64,000 nucleotides of DNA, taken from NCBI GenBank assembly GCA_025062375.1, contig JANXAG010000003.1, positions 35,613 to 99,612 of the forward strand, given 5' to 3'. Shown here one piece after another: positions 9,788-20,091 of the stretch; position 1 is the stretch's first letter; each line of letters opens with the position of its first letter. The stretch comes from Anaerolineae bacterium. Its GTDB lineage: Bacteria; Chloroflexota; Anaerolineae; SpSt-600. The notes beneath the pieces are model-generated. The model saw only the letters and a program-made list of their open reading frames with translations. It was not told where the DNA came from and ran no database searches. The position numbers and the translations under genes were made by a program.

Positions 9788-10312
9788 TTATTTCCAGGCC
9801 CATCCCTGTTCGGTTATCCCGCTTCGGTCACCGATTTTGAGCAAATCCTCAAGGCGGAGCACCATCCTGTTCTCGTAAGTAGCCAGTTCATACTCGTGGC
9901 TCATTTCAATGGCTCCGAAGGGACAGGCTTCCACACAAAGCCGGCAGAAGATACATCTTCCCAGGTCGTAGAGATAATCCACAAGCTTCCTCTCCTTGCC
10001 TTTCCCCTCCGCTACAACCTCAATCACCCCGTGAGGACAGGCCAGGACGCATGCTCCGCACGCTGTACACTTGGGTTGTCCGGTTTCAGGATCCCTCAAG
10101 TGCACAAGGGCTCCTCTGAAACGGGGGAACATGGAATACCTTTCTTCGGGGTACTGGAGGGTGAAAAGCCCAACCCCTTCCGGTTCCAGCCTGGGGACAG
10201 GTCCTTCGGTAAAATAGCGCTTGAAGAAGGGGTGCTTGTATCCTTTGAAATAGGTCATAATTCCGTGCTTAAGGGTCGTAAAAAGCCCCTTGAGAAGTCC
10301 CGATCCGAACAT
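9788..10312 (-). CDS. nuoI: NADH-quinone oxidoreductase subunit I (2x[4Fe-4S])
   Basis: Two CxxCxxCxxxCP motifs (CTACGACVLACP, CIFCRLCVEACP). Confidence 0.9.
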   Translation of the reverse strand: MFGSGLLKGLFTTLKHGIMTYFKGYKHPFFKRYFTEGPVPRLEPEGVGLFTLQYPEERYSMFPRFRGALVHLRDPETGQPKCTACGACVLACPHGVIEVVAEGKGKERKLVDYLYDLGRCIFCRLCVEACPFGAIEMSHEYELATYENRMVLRLEDLLKIGDRSGITEQGWAWK

Positions 10313-10327
10313 TTCCCATCCCTCACT

Positions 10328-11461
10328 TCAGGCTAAAGCTTTCTTGGGGGTAAGGCGGCCGAGAAGGTAAAGGCCCAATCCTCCCACCAGGATATTTCCG
10401 ACCCAGTAAGCGATTACCCTCACTCCGTAACTTATTTCCAGCTTCGCTACGAGCCCCGTCACCAGAAGGTTCGCCATGGCCAGGGGGACCAGGAATTTCC
10501 AGGAGAAGTTAAGGAGCTGGTCTATCCTCAGGCGAGGGAAGGTGGCCCGGAGCCAGAAGAATACGTAGACCACTATAGCCACTTTGATGAAGAACCAGAG
10601 GTAAGACGGGAGCAAAGGTCCCCTCCATCCGCCAAGGAAAAGGGTAACCACCATGGCAGAAATGGCAAAAGTGTTTATGTATTCGGCCAGGAAGAACATC
10701 GCCCATTTTACACCTGAATACTCAATGTGATAGCCAGCGATAATCTCCGATTCGGCTTCCGGAAGGTCAAAGGGGCTCCGGTTGGTTTCTGCAACGCCGC
10801 ATATAAAGTAGATGAGGAACGCTACTGGTTGAAGGAAGACAAAAGGCAGAGGGCTTTGAGCTTCCACGATTTTTTGGAGGGACATGGAGCCTGCAGCCAT
10901 AACCACGCTCAAGACGGCAAAAGCCATTGGAACTTCATAGCTGAAAAGCTGGGCTACTGCTCTGAATCCCCCCAGCAGGGCGTATTTATTGCCCGAACCC
11001 CACCCGGCCATGAGGATGGCGATGGAAGCTACGGAACCAAGAGCTATGACGTAAAGGACGGCAATGTTGAGATCGGCGGCCACAAGCTTCTTGCCGAAGG
11101 GTATCACAGCCCACACCATAAAGGCCGGGACCACTATTATCACTGGGGCCAGGAAATGGAGGAGTTTATCAGCTTTTTCCGGGATTATGTCTTCTTTCAC
11201 TAGGAGTTTTAAGACATCAGCTATGGGCTGGATGAGGCCGTAGGGGCCAACCCTATTGGGGCCAAGCCTGTCCTGAAGCCGGCCCAGGATCTTGCGTTCC
11301 ATGAGGGTGAGAGCCATGACCACTATTACCATCAGGAGAATTATGAGGAGCCCCACTATCACCATCATCACCAGATCAACAAGCCATGCCGGAAGGAAGC
11401 CTTTAAGCCAGCGGGCTATTAGTTCTCCCAAGTAAGGCAAGATGTTTTCAAGATCTATCAT
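10328..11461 (-). CDS. nuoH: NADH-quinone oxidoreductase subunit H
   Basis: 377 aa polytopic membrane protein of the NuoH/ND1 family. Confidence 0.85.
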   Translation of the reverse strand: MIDLENILPYLGELIARWLKGFLPAWLVDLVMMVIVGLLIILLMVIVVMALTLMERKILGRLQDRLGPNRVGPYGLIQPIADVLKLLVKEDIIPEKADKLLHFLAPVIIVVPAFMVWAVIPFGKKLVAADLNIAVLYVIALGSVASIAILMAGWGSGNKYALLGGFRAVAQLFSYEVPMAFAVLSVVMAAGSMSLQKIVEAQSPLPFVFLQPVAFLIYFICGVAETNRSPFDLPEAESEIIAGYHIEYSGVKWAMFFLAEYINTFAISAMVVTLFLGGWRGPLLPSYLWFFIKVAIVVYVFFWLRATFPRLRIDQLLNFSWKFLVPLAMANLLVTGLVAKLEISYGVRVIAYWVGNILVGGLGLYLLGRLTPKKALA

Positions 11462-12567
11462 CGGTCCACCTCTCCCATGGTTATGTCAATGCTTCCCAGG
11501 ATAATGACCACATCGGCCACCTTGTGGCCTACTGTTATTTCTCTCAGGACTCCCAGGTTTACAAAGGAAGTGGGGCGGATTTTGAAACGGTAAGGCTTAT
11601 CGGAACCATCGCTCACCAGGTAAAAGCCGAGCTCGCCTTTAGGGGCTTCTATCCGACCGTAAACTTCCCCTTTGGGTGGGCGAAGCCTTCTGGGGACTTT
11701 CTCCGAAACGGGCCCATCTGGAATCTGGTCGAGGGCCTGTTCCAGGATGCGGAGACTCTGCTTCCACTCCAAAAGCCTCAGCATGTATCGGTCATAGACA
11801 TCGCCGTTGGGCAGGGTGGGAATTTCAAAGTCAAAGCGATCGTATATGGAATAGGGTTCAGCCCGGCGAACATCATATTTAACGCCCGAAGCTCTCAGGA
11901 CAGGGCCAGTGACCCCGTAAGCTATAGCGACTTCTGGGGGAAGCACCCCGACCCCTCTTGCCCGCTGCAGGAAGATTTCATTTCCGGACAGGAAAGTGTC
12001 CAGCTCATCGGCGAACTTCCACAGGTGGTCCACCAGTTTTTTAGCCTGAGGTATGAAGCCTTCGGGTAGATCGCCCGCCACTCCTCCGGGGCGAATGTAG
12101 TTGGGCATCATCCGCGAGCCTGAAGCCCATTCAAAGAGGTCCAGGATATGTTCCCTGGCTCTGAAGGCGTAAAGCACGGGGGTAAAATAGGCGCCGAGAT
12201 CGTTGAAGAGAAAGCCTATGGCCATCATGTGGTTCAGGATACGAGTGAACTCGGCCATTATGACTCTTATGTATTCGGCCCTTTCGGGGGGTTTGATTCC
12301 AGCCAGCTTCTCTACTGCCACAGCATACGCAAATTCGTTAGTCATAGCGCACATGTAATCCAGGCGGTCGGTTATGGGGACGGCCTGGAGGTAAGAACGA
12401 CCTTCGCTCAATTTTTCAATTCCCCGGTGGAGGTAGCCATAAACAGGTCTCAAATCCGTTATAGTTTCTCCTTCCAGGGTTAGGACCATACGGAACACCC
12501 CGTGAGTGCTGGGGTGCTGGGGTCCCATGTTAAGGACGATTTCCTGGGTTTTGAGGGCCACGGCCAT
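11458..12567 (-). CDS. nuoD: NADH-quinone oxidoreductase subunit D (49 kDa)
   Basis: 369 aa with the HRGIEKL-type motif. It is separate from nuoC, not fused. Confidence 0.9.
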   Translation of the reverse strand: MAVALKTQEIVLNMGPQHPSTHGVFRMVLTLEGETITDLRPVYGYLHRGIEKLSEGRSYLQAVPITDRLDYMCAMTNEFAYAVAVEKLAGIKPPERAEYIRVIMAEFTRILNHMMAIGFLFNDLGAYFTPVLYAFRAREHILDLFEWASGSRMMPNYIRPGGVAGDLPEGFIPQAKKLVDHLWKFADELDTFLSGNEIFLQRARGVGVLPPEVAIAYGVTGPVLRASGVKYDVRRAEPYSIYDRFDFEIPTLPNGDVYDRYMLRLLEWKQSLRILEQALDQIPDGPVSEKVPRRLRPPKGEVYGRIEAPKGELGFYLVSDGSDKPYRFKIRPTSFVNLGVLREITVGHKVADVVIILGSIDITMGEVDR

Positions 12568-12582
12568 GGTTCTTTTCCTCCG

Positions 12583-13089
12583 TTACCAGTAGGGTGGTTC
12601 TGGCCTTGTGGGTTCCAGTTCTTTAAAGGTGAAAATTCGGTTTTCAAAATCTTTGCGCAGGGGCCAGCCCGGGAACCCTTCCCACATGAATATCCTCCTC
12701 AAATCCGGGTGGCCTTCGAAAACTATTCCGAACATATCGTAAATTTCCTGCTCCTGCTGGAAAGCCGATGGCCATATATCGCTTACTGTTGGCAGGGAAG
12801 GATTAGTTTTATCTTCAACGAAAACCTTGATGGCTAAGGGGCCAAGGTTATTGCGAATAGGCTCTCGTCCCATGGAGTAAAGGTAATAGACCACCTCAAA
12901 GCGCTCTGGAAGGTCCACGCCAGCCATGAAGGAAAGGTAATTGAAACCAATCTCATCGCGCAGGAAAAGGGCCACTTCCCGGATGTGTTCTTTCCGGACA
13001 ATTACAGTGGGGTCTTTGGTTTCTGCCGGGATTTCTACTATTGCTTCGGGGAACTTTTCTTCGAGGAGCTGGAAGATTTCTTCCGTCAT
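12583..13089 (-). CDS. nuoC: NADH-quinone oxidoreductase subunit C (30 kDa)
   Basis: 168 aa, operon position. Confidence 0.85.
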   Translation of the reverse strand: MTEEIFQLLEEKFPEAIVEIPAETKDPTVIVRKEHIREVALFLRDEIGFNYLSFMAGVDLPERFEVVYYLYSMGREPIRNNLGPLAIKVFVEDKTNPSLPTVSDIWPSAFQQEQEIYDMFGIVFEGHPDLRRIFMWEGFPGWPLRKDFENRIFTFKELEPTRPEPPYW

Positions 13090-13598
13090 GCTTTTTCCCT
13101 CCTGTACCAGGGGACCGTAAGGATGGACTGGCGGTCAATTTTCTTCTGGAGTTTGATAAGGGCGTCCAGCAGGGCTTCGGGCCTTGGGGGGCAACCCGGC
13201 ACATAGACATCGACAGGGATTATCTCATCCACTCCTTGGAGGACAGCGTAGGAGTTAAAGATTCCTCCTGAAATAGCGCAGCTTCCCATCGCTATCACGT
13301 ATTTTGGTTCGGGCATCTGGTGGTAGAGCCTCAGGACCTGGGGGGCCATTTTATGGGTAACAGTTCCGGCCACAATCATGAGGTCAGCCTGACGGGGGCT
13401 TGCCCGGAAAACCTCAGCTCCGAAGCGAGCTATATCGTAGCGCGAAGCGGAAGCCGCTATCATCTCTATAGCGCAGCAGGCTAAACCGAAAGTAAGGGGC
13501 CACAGAGAAGAGCGTCTGGCCCAGTTATAGAGTTTATCCACAGTGGTAATAAGGATATTGCGTCGGAGTTCGGGGGGGACGAGAATCTCTTCAGCCAT
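13086..13598 (-). CDS. nuoB: NADH-quinone oxidoreductase subunit B (N2 cluster)
   Basis: GLACCAIEM and [11 protein letters not shown] motifs. Confidence 0.9.
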   Translation of the reverse strand: MAEEILVPPELRRNILITTVDKLYNWARRSSLWPLTFGLACCAIEMIAASASRYDIARFGAEVFRASPRQADLMIVAGTVTHKMAPQVLRLYHQMPEPKYVIAMGSCAISGGIFNSYAVLQGVDEIIPVDVYVPGCPPRPEALLDALIKLQKKIDRQSILTVPWYRREKA

Positions 13599-13602
13599 GA
13601 TT

Positions 13603-13959
13603 TCACCTCCACATTAGTGCCCCTTTGCGCCAGGCATAGGCCAGTGCTACCAAGAGGATACCCAGGAAAATGAAGACATCCAGAAGGGCTACGAGGCCCA
13701 GTTTATTGTAAGCCACAGCCCAGGGCAAAAGGAAAGCTATTTCCACGTCAAAGATAGCGAAGATGAGGGCATAGAGGTAATACTGGACCCTGAACTGGAC
13801 CCAGGTTTCTCCGACGGTTTCAAGGCCGCATTCGTATATAGATTGCTTTATGGGGTTAGGCCTTTTGGGGCGGACAAGCCAGGCGAAGCCTATGCCTATT
13901 AGGGGAACAGCCAGAGCCATAAGCATTAGAAGTCCTATGAAGAGATATTGGTTCAACAA
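13603..13959 (-). CDS. nuoA: NADH-quinone oxidoreductase subunit A
   Basis: 118 aa, 3 TM, first gene of the operon. RBS AAGGAGGAG lies upstream on the minus strand. Confidence 0.85.
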   Translation of the reverse strand: MLNQYLFIGLLMLMALAVPLIGIGFAWLVRPKRPNPIKQSIYECGLETVGETWVQFRVQYYLYALIFAIFDVEIAFLLPWAVAYNKLGLVALLDVFIFLGILLVALAYAWRKGALMWR

Positions 13960-14000
13960 GGTCTGGCTCCTCCTTATCAGGTTTGTGAAAAACCTCCCAT

Positions 14001-14028
14001 ATTATATCCGTTCCGGTGAAATTGGCAA
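14001..14028 (-). promoter_or_regulatory. predicted nuo operon promoter (minus strand: TTGCCA-16-TATAAT)
   Basis: Reverse complement of 14023-14028 is TTGCCA. Reverse complement of 14001-14006 is TATAAT with a 16-nt spacer, about 40 nt upstream of the nuoA RBS. Confidence 0.45.
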
Positions 14029-14081
14029 ATCTCCGACCGCAAGCCGAAGCCAGGACTCCTCGCCCGCACTTGAGAGATATG

Positions 14082-14504
14082 GGAGCGATCAACCACCCTT
14101 TGTATCCCACCCACGAGGGCGGAAAAAAATCGGGGGATGGATGGGGGCTTCGCCTTCATCCCCGGGACTTTGAGAGTGTCCCCCAAAACCTCAAAAAGGG
14201 AGCCATCAGCCACCCCCTGCATCCCGCCCACGAGTGGGACCCTAAACCCTGGCAAACCCTATGCCCACGAGGGTGGGAAAAATTTGGGGGGTCCAGGGGG
14301 CTTGCCCCATGGCAGGGGACTTGGGGGATGTGCCCCCAGAAACCTTAAAAAGGGAGCGATCAACCATCTCTCGCATCCCGCCCACGAGTGGGACCCTAAC
14401 CGTGGCAAACCCTATGCCCACGAGGGCGGGAAAAACCGGGGGGTTGGTGGGGGCGGCCCCCCCCATCCCGGGGGTTTGGGGGTGTCCCCCAAAAACCTTA
14501 AAAG
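14082..14504. repeat. imperfect tandem repeat, three units (116 bp, 154 bp, 153 bp), G/C-tract rich with internal hairpins, between the radC 3' end and the nuo promoter
   Basis: Units start at GGAGCGATCAACCA (14082), GGAGCCATCAGCCA (14198) and GGAGCGATCAACCA (14352). Each ends in a G5-8/C5-8 hairpin followed by AAACCTTAAAAAG. The GCCCACGAG[G/T]G[G/C]G motif recurs five times. The six-frame ORFs here show repeated peptides (KPYAHEGGKN..), which are artefacts of the repeat. Confidence 0.8.
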
Positions 14505-15208
14505 GCTTCAAACCCTAAATTCTTTTCCTTCAAACTTATGAACCTCTGCTTGCCTATGATAATATGGTCCAGGACTTCAATATCTAAAAGCTTACCAGCC
14601 TGAACCACCTGACGGGTGAGGGCAATATCTTCAGGAGAGGGAGAAGGGTCTCCCGAAGGATGATTGTGCACAAGAATTATAGCCGAAGCATCAGCCTTTA
14701 TAGCTTCTCTGAAAATCTCCCCAATCCTCGCCGAAGCCATATTGAGAGCGCCCACACATATGGTGGGTATGCTTATGACCCTGTTCTTAGTGTCAAGAAG
14801 GATCGTCCTCAGATGCTCCTTGGGGAGAAAGCCCATCTCCAGAAGAAGGAGGTTAGCTGCATCGTAAGGAGAACGAATTACAGGTCTTTCCTGAGGCGAA
14901 GCCACCAAAAGCCTTTTGCCAAGCTCAAAGGCAGCTTTAAGCTGTGCAGCTTTAGCCTCCCCTACCCCTTTCTCAGCGCAAAGGTCGGAAAAATCGGCTT
15001 CAGCCAAACCTGTGAGACCTCCATATCGGGCCAGAAGGCGAGTAGCCAGTGCCAGAACGCTCTCGCCTTCCACTCCAGTCCTCAAAATTATAGCCAGAAG
15101 CTCAGCAGTAGAAAGGGAAGAAGCCCCGTAAAGCTTCAGCCTTTCCCGGGGCCTTTCCGAAGCTGGAAGTTCCTTTATAGTAGGGTGATACTCAACTTTA
15201 TTGCCCAT
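14498..15208 (-). CDS. radC: RadC-family (UPF0758) JAB/MPN-domain protein
   Basis: HhH N-terminus and the JAMM motif [14 protein letters not shown]. Confidence 0.85.
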   Translation of the reverse strand: MGNKVEYHPTIKELPASERPRERLKLYGASSLSTAELLAIILRTGVEGESVLALATRLLARYGGLTGLAEADFSDLCAEKGVGEAKAAQLKAAFELGKRLLVASPQERPVIRSPYDAANLLLLEMGFLPKEHLRTILLDTKNRVISIPTICVGALNMASARIGEIFREAIKADASAIILVHNHPSGDPSPSPEDIALTRQVVQAGKLLDIEVLDHIIIGKQRFISLKEKNLGFEAF

Positions 15209-15236
15209 AAGCCCTCCTTATCAGGGAGTAAAAAGC

Positions 15237-16202
15237 ATGAGAAAGTGCATTCCCTTATTTCTTGCAACTTTTAGCCTGTTGAGCCTGAGCCTTGCCTGCG
15301 GGCAAATAATAACTCTTCCAACCCCCACCCCCCCAAGAGCTCCCACGAGCGACTTTACCCCTTCACCCTCGTTTGCTTTCACCCCTTCCCCCTTTACTCC
15401 TCCGCCAACCTTCACTCCTACCTTCACCCCCACCCCCATAATATACGTAGTCCAACCTGGCGACACCCTCTCAGGTATCGCCGCAAAATTCGGGGTCAGC
15501 ATCCGTATTATTCAAGAAGCCAACGCCATCACCGACCCCAAAGCCCTGCAGGCAGGCCAAACCTTGATCATACCCCAGGGGGAGGAAGCTCTGCCAGGCA
15601 CTCCAACGCCCACTCCCACTCCGATCCCTCTCAAAATAACTGGAATTAACTTTTACCGGGAGCCCGGGGGAAACCTCTGGTGCTTTGGCGAAGTCCTCAA
15701 CCCTGGTGAAGTAACTGTGGAAAGCGTAGCAGTAAGAGTCAGGCTCTATGGACCCGATAGCTCCCTCTTAGCTGAAAGCCAAACCTTTGTCGCCAGAGAT
15801 TTAATTCATCCTGGGGAAAAAGGGCCCTTTGCCGTTGTCTTCACCCAGCCCCCCGAAACTTTTTCCCATTATGATGTTACCGTGATGAGCGCATACCCTG
15901 CTCATCACCCGTCGGCCCTGGTTCATTCCCTGGTTTTAAAAGAGCACTCGTGGGAAAAAGGCCCGGGCAATTTCTTCTCCGTAAGAGGGGTTATTTTCAA
16001 TGCCGGGGAAAAAACTGTGAAAGACATAAACGTAATAATAGTGGCTTATGACATCTCCGAAAGAGTCGTGGCCCTTAACAAAATCGTGCCTGAAAAAGAA
16101 ATCCTTCAGCCAGGCGAAGAAACAACCTTCTACTTTACCTTCTTTCCTGCCAGCAACCTTCCGGTCACTTATACCCTTTACGTTCAAGGATTAACCCCCT
16201 AA
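15237..16202 (+). CDS. LysM-domain lipoprotein with a Pro/Thr-rich linker and two C-terminal beta-rich repeat domains
   Basis: Lipobox LSLAC. LysM region YVVQPGDTLSGIAAKFGVSIRIIQEANAI...GQTLIIP. Two similar roughly 100-aa C-terminal repeats. Start moved to the internal ATG at 15237 to avoid overlap with the radC start. Confidence 0.7.
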   Translation: MRKCIPLFLATFSLLSLSLACGQIITLPTPTPPRAPTSDFTPSPSFAFTPSPFTPPPTFTPTFTPTPIIYVVQPGDTLSGIAAKFGVSIRIIQEANAITDPKALQAGQTLIIPQGEEALPGTPTPTPTPIPLKITGINFYREPGGNLWCFGEVLNPGEVTVESVAVRVRLYGPDSSLLAESQTFVARDLIHPGEKGPFAVVFTQPPETFSHYDVTVMSAYPAHHPSALVHSLVLKEHSWEKGPGNFFSVRGVIFNAGEKTVKDINVIIVAYDISERVVALNKIVPEKEILQPGEETTFYFTFFPASNLPVTYTLYVQGLTP

Positions 16203-16831
16203 TCCAGCTCTTCCACTACTATTCTATCGCCCTGAACAAATGCCACCTCTGGTTTAGGAGGGCTTTCCCTGGTCTCTTCTGGGGCACGAGCAAAATATGG
16301 CCCAATCTTTATAATAGAGGGTTCCAGGCGCAGAGCATAAATCCTGCGGGATGGATCGTTTGGAGTTCCAGCAGAAGCTACCCCTTTAAGATGTCCTAAA
16401 ACGATTATATCCCCTCCCGCTACTATCTCCGCTCCAGGGTTTACGTCCCCGATAACCACAATAGAACCCTCGTATATAACCTTCTGGCCGGAACGAACGG
16501 GGCCGCGCTTTACCAGGGCAAGCTCAGTTTTTTCCTCGCGGCCTTTTTCCACCTCCAGCCCAAGGGCGTAGGCTGCCTTTCGCACCCTCTCCTCATCGCT
16601 TACAATCTTTTCTGGAAAAAGGCCATGGTTTCTCAAAATTTCCATAGCCTTGCTTAATTCATCCACCCCCATATCCGGGACTTTTATCTCTAAGACGACC
16701 TTGTTTCCTTCCAGCAAGGAACCCGCGGAGCTCAAGGTTGCTTCCAGTTCCAGAAGCACCTTTTCACTATTTCCGCCTCTGAGAACTATGACAATCCCTT
16801 CACGGGTCCCCTTTATAACCACAGCTTTCAT
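16199..16831 (-). CDS. minC: septum site-determining protein MinC
   Basis: C-terminal beta-helix signature GSIVVIGDVNPGAEIVAGGDIIVLG. Confidence 0.8.
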   Translation of the reverse strand: MKAVVIKGTREGIVIVLRGGNSEKVLLELEATLSSAGSLLEGNKVVLEIKVPDMGVDELSKAMEILRNHGLFPEKIVSDEERVRKAAYALGLEVEKGREEKTELALVKRGPVRSGQKVIYEGSIVVIGDVNPGAEIVAGGDIIVLGHLKGVASAGTPNDPSRRIYALRLEPSIIKIGPYFARAPEETRESPPKPEVAFVQGDRIVVEELD

Positions 16832-18738
16832 GGCTGCCTTTCCCAGTCCAGATAATCAAAATAATAGCGGATGATCTTAGCTGCTATGGGGACAGCATTT
16901 TCAGAGCCTCCCCCTCCACCCTGGAGGAACACCACCAATGCTATTTTGGGATTTTCATAAGGAGCAAAACCTGTAAACCAGGCGTGGGTCGGTAAATCGC
17001 CTTTGGGCCCTCTTGGCCCATAGAATTCAGCAGTTCCTGTTTTCCCGGCTACGGGGATATCAGGCCAGTTGGTCCGCCAGGCAGTTCCTCTGATGACAGT
17101 TTCCCTCAACCCTCTCCTCACCAGTGCGATGGTCTTTTCCGAAGCGGGGAGAGTGCGGATTATTTCTGGCTTGAATTCTTCCACCACATTCCCCTCGTGG
17201 TCCACCATTTTGTATAAGAGCTTGGGTCTGTAGAGGGTGCCACCGTTAGCGATGGCAGCGGTGGCGTTCAGAATTTGTAGCGGAGTGGCCAGGAAGAACC
17301 CTTGGCCTATTGCCATATTGTAAGTATCGCCCAGAACCCATACTTCTCCATAATTCAGGCGTTTCCAATCGGCCGTAGGAACAAGACCTTTGCTTTCACC
17401 TGGCAGGTCAATCCCTGTCTTTTCTCCGAAGCCAAAGAGCCTCGCCCAGTAAACGAGTCTATCAAGACCAAGCCCTCGAAAATCCTTAAATCCTCCGGCA
17501 ACCTTGTAGAAAAAGATATCGCAGGAGTGGACAAGAGCATCTATCACGTTTATAGGACCATGCCCTTTTCCGTACCTGTGAATCCAGCAGTAAAAGGGCT
17601 GGGCCAGGGTGGGGTCATCGGGAAAATACTGGTTGGGGACCCAGAGGATACCTTCGCAGTTCAGATAGCTCTTTTCGGTTATAACCCCCTCCTCCAAAGC
17701 AGCGGTCGCTGGGACTATTTTGAAAGTTGAACCCGTGGGATACTGGCCTATTATGGCATGGTTCACTAAGGGATGGTTTGGGTCTTTTTCAAGTTTGGAA
17801 TAATCTTCGTAGCTTATACCCCTGGCGAACAGGTTGTTATCGTAGGAAGGAAGGCTCACCATAGCCAGAATCTGGCCGTTTCTGGGATCCATCACTATAG
17901 CTACCCCCACCGGTGACTGGGCTTTCTTCATACCTTCTTCCAGAGCTTCCTTGACCATAGCCTGCAAGTCCCAGTCAATCGTAAGGTAAAGGCTGTATCC
18001 AGGAATTGGCGCTCTTTCATAGCCTATGGTGCGGATTTCTCGGCCTGAAGCGTCCACTTCCACGAGTTTCTGTCCCTTTTCTCCCTTGAGGTAATCTTCG
18101 TAAACAAACTCAATACCCGTAAGACCAACCTTATCGCGGCTTAAGTCGTATCCCTTCTCCCTGTAACTGGCCTCCCATTCCTTCGGTATAAGGCCAGTGT
18201 ATCCGATTATGTGCGAAAAGAGAGTGCTGCTTATATACTCCCTGATAGGTTCCACTTCCACCTGAACCCCAGGAAAGCTCAAGTGCTCCTGCTGGAGAAA
18301 GAAAGCTGTTTCTCTATCCACATTTTTCTTGACCACAATAGGCTTATAAGGGTTCTTCATCCCTTCCTTCACCAGAGCTTCAAGGTCCGGAGAAGCCCTG
18401 ACGGGAGAGGCAAGTGCGGCGCTTTTCCCAGAGGAGAAAAGGAGTTCAGAAAGCCTCCTTAAAACCTGGCGGCGCTCCCCTTCCTCTTCGGGAAGGTAAG
18501 CAGGGGTAATGGACACAGTGTAGCTCGGAGTATTCCTGACCAATGGTCTTCCCCATCTATCGTAGATTATTCCGCGAAGAGCTTCAGTCTGAACCAGTCG
18601 GAGGCGATTTTTCTCCGAGAGAACTTTGTAGTAATCGCCTTTCAAAATCTGAAGGTGCCAGAGACGGAAGACAAAAGTGATAAGAACTAAAATAGCCCCT
18701 ATCTGGAAAACCAACAATCGGCTCCTGCTTCCGTTCAC
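16828..18738 (-). CDS. mrdA: penicillin-binding protein 2 (elongasome transpeptidase)
   Basis: N-terminal TM, a dimerisation domain, and transpeptidase motifs STFK, SxN-like and KTGTAEF. Sits in the mre cluster. Confidence 0.85.
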   Translation of the reverse strand: MNGSRSRLLVFQIGAILVLITFVFRLWHLQILKGDYYKVLSEKNRLRLVQTEALRGIIYDRWGRPLVRNTPSYTVSITPAYLPEEEGERRQVLRRLSELLFSSGKSAALASPVRASPDLEALVKEGMKNPYKPIVVKKNVDRETAFFLQQEHLSFPGVQVEVEPIREYISSTLFSHIIGYTGLIPKEWEASYREKGYDLSRDKVGLTGIEFVYEDYLKGEKGQKLVEVDASGREIRTIGYERAPIPGYSLYLTIDWDLQAMVKEALEEGMKKAQSPVGVAIVMDPRNGQILAMVSLPSYDNNLFARGISYEDYSKLEKDPNHPLVNHAIIGQYPTGSTFKIVPATAALEEGVITEKSYLNCEGILWVPNQYFPDDPTLAQPFYCWIHRYGKGHGPINVIDALVHSCDIFFYKVAGGFKDFRGLGLDRLVYWARLFGFGEKTGIDLPGESKGLVPTADWKRLNYGEVWVLGDTYNMAIGQGFFLATPLQILNATAAIANGGTLYRPKLLYKMVDHEGNVVEEFKPEIIRTLPASEKTIALVRRGLRETVIRGTAWRTNWPDIPVAGKTGTAEFYGPRGPKGDLPTHAWFTGFAPYENPKIALVVFLQGGGGGSENAVPIAAKIIRYYFDYLDWERQP

Positions 18739-19253
18739 TTCTTACCTCCCTGGTAAATCCTGGCCAGGATTAGACACATTGGAACCGCTACAAACGCATT
18801 CAGGAGAGCCGATGGCAGTGTTATAAGGGAAAAGTTTTCAATTCTGAGAAGGTTAATCCCAAGAAAGCGCAGGACTGCCAGCTGAAAGAGGTCATAAAAA
18901 ATGAAGAGCAAAGCAGCCACCGCAAAAGAGGAAAAAGGATTGGCGTAGGATACATGTTCAGATATAAGGGCCACCATAAAAGCTATAACTGGCAGCGAAA
19001 TGGTGAAAGGTCCCACCGGCCCGCCGGAAATGAGATCCAGAAGTAAACCTGTTCCAAAGGCCCAGGCCAGCCCTGCGTTCCCGCCTCTGGTGATAGACCA
19101 GAAAAAGACCAGGATGAAGACCAGATCTACCCTCGCAGGGCCAAGCCTGAAACCGGAAATCAAGGCCTCCTGCAATAAAACCATCGTTAACATGAGGGCT
19201 AAATCCAGGTAAAAATTAATGGCCTTCCTCCTCAGGGATTGAAGCTTTGCCAC
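18735..19253 (-). CDS. mreD: rod shape-determining protein MreD
   Basis: 172 aa polytopic membrane protein in the mreBCD position. Confidence 0.7.
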   Translation of the reverse strand: MAKLQSLRRKAINFYLDLALMLTMVLLQEALISGFRLGPARVDLVFILVFFWSITRGGNAGLAWAFGTGLLLDLISGGPVGPFTISLPVIAFMVALISEHVSYANPFSSFAVAALLFIFYDLFQLAVLRFLGINLLRIENFSLITLPSALLNAFVAVPMCLILARIYQGGKK

Positions 19254-20091
19254 CCTTAAGCACCAGCACCAGCTCTAACCGGTCAAAATTCACCGAAGGC
19301 TTTATGCGAACTTCCTGAAAAGGGGCATAATCCTTTCTCTCAATTTCAATCACCTGGCCTATCACTAAACCCTTGGGAAGAGTTCCTCCCAATCCCGCAG
19401 TTAAAGCTATTTCCCCTACCGAGACTTTCGCTTCTAAAGGAATATAGCGCATAATAAGCATTCCTTCCGGTGTCCCTTCCACCATTCCGGTGGCTTGACT
19501 TCCCTGAAGGTAAGCAGCTATGGAGCTTGTGGGGTCCGTTATGAGCAAAACTTTTGAGGCAGTGTGATAGACATCAACCACTCTTCCCACGAGCCCCCTT
19601 TCCGTTACCACCGCCATCCCTGGCAGCACCCCTTCCCGCTGCCCAGCATTAATGAGCACATAACGGGTAAACCCCGAAGGGTCAAATCCTATAACTCTGG
19701 CCGTAACCCTGGCGGCTGTGTAATCAAAGGCTGGATTTTCCTGAGTGAAACGAAGGAGCTCTCTTAAATTTCTGTTTTCGGCTTCAAGTTCCCGGAGCTG
19801 GACGTTTTCAATAATGAGGCGCTCTAATTCCTTCTTGAGCTTCTCGTTTTCTTCCCTCAGGTGCCTTAGCTCTTCAATGGAAACCACAGTCTGACGCAAG
19901 AAGGAAGAAGCGATGGAAATTCCATACTGGGCGGGAGTGGTAATCCTAAGGATAAGATCCTGCACCGGATTTAGAAGTTTAGCCCTGTAGAAGGCTGAAA
20001 GGAGGAAGCCCAAGAATAAAAGAAGCAGGAGAAAGCGCCAGTTGGGCTTTTTAGCCCCTCCTGAGTCCAGAAAGAACCTTGTAGTAGACAT
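19216..20091 (-). CDS. mreC: rod shape-determining protein MreC
   Basis: N-terminal TM, a coiled-coil region (ELRHLREENEKLKKELERL), and a C-terminal beta domain. Confidence 0.8.
   Translation of the reverse strand: MSTTRFFLDSGGAKKPNWRFLLLLLFLGFLLSAFYRAKLLNPVQDLILRITTPAQYGISIASSFLRQTVVSIEELRHLREENEKLKKELERLIIENVQLRELEAENRNLRELLRFTQENPAFDYTAARVTARVIGFDPSGFTRYVLINAGQREGVLPGMAVVTERGLVGRVVDVYHTASKVLLITDPTSSIAAYLQGSQATGMVEGTPEGMLIMRYIPLEAKVSVGEIALTAGLGGTLPKGLVIGQVIEIERKDYAPFQEVRIKPSVNFDRLELVLVLKGGKASIPEEEGH

Noticed and set aside
14082-14504. Possible CRISPR array
   Set aside because: Units are about 150 bp with no short conserved repeat/spacer periodicity, and there are no cas genes.
14016-14541. 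Three overlapping ORFs (110, 134 and 89 aa) with internally repeated peptides (KPYAHEGGKN..)
   Set aside because: They lie entirely within the tandem DNA repeat. The repetition is at the nucleotide level, both strands are open, and there is no RBS, so they are artefacts.
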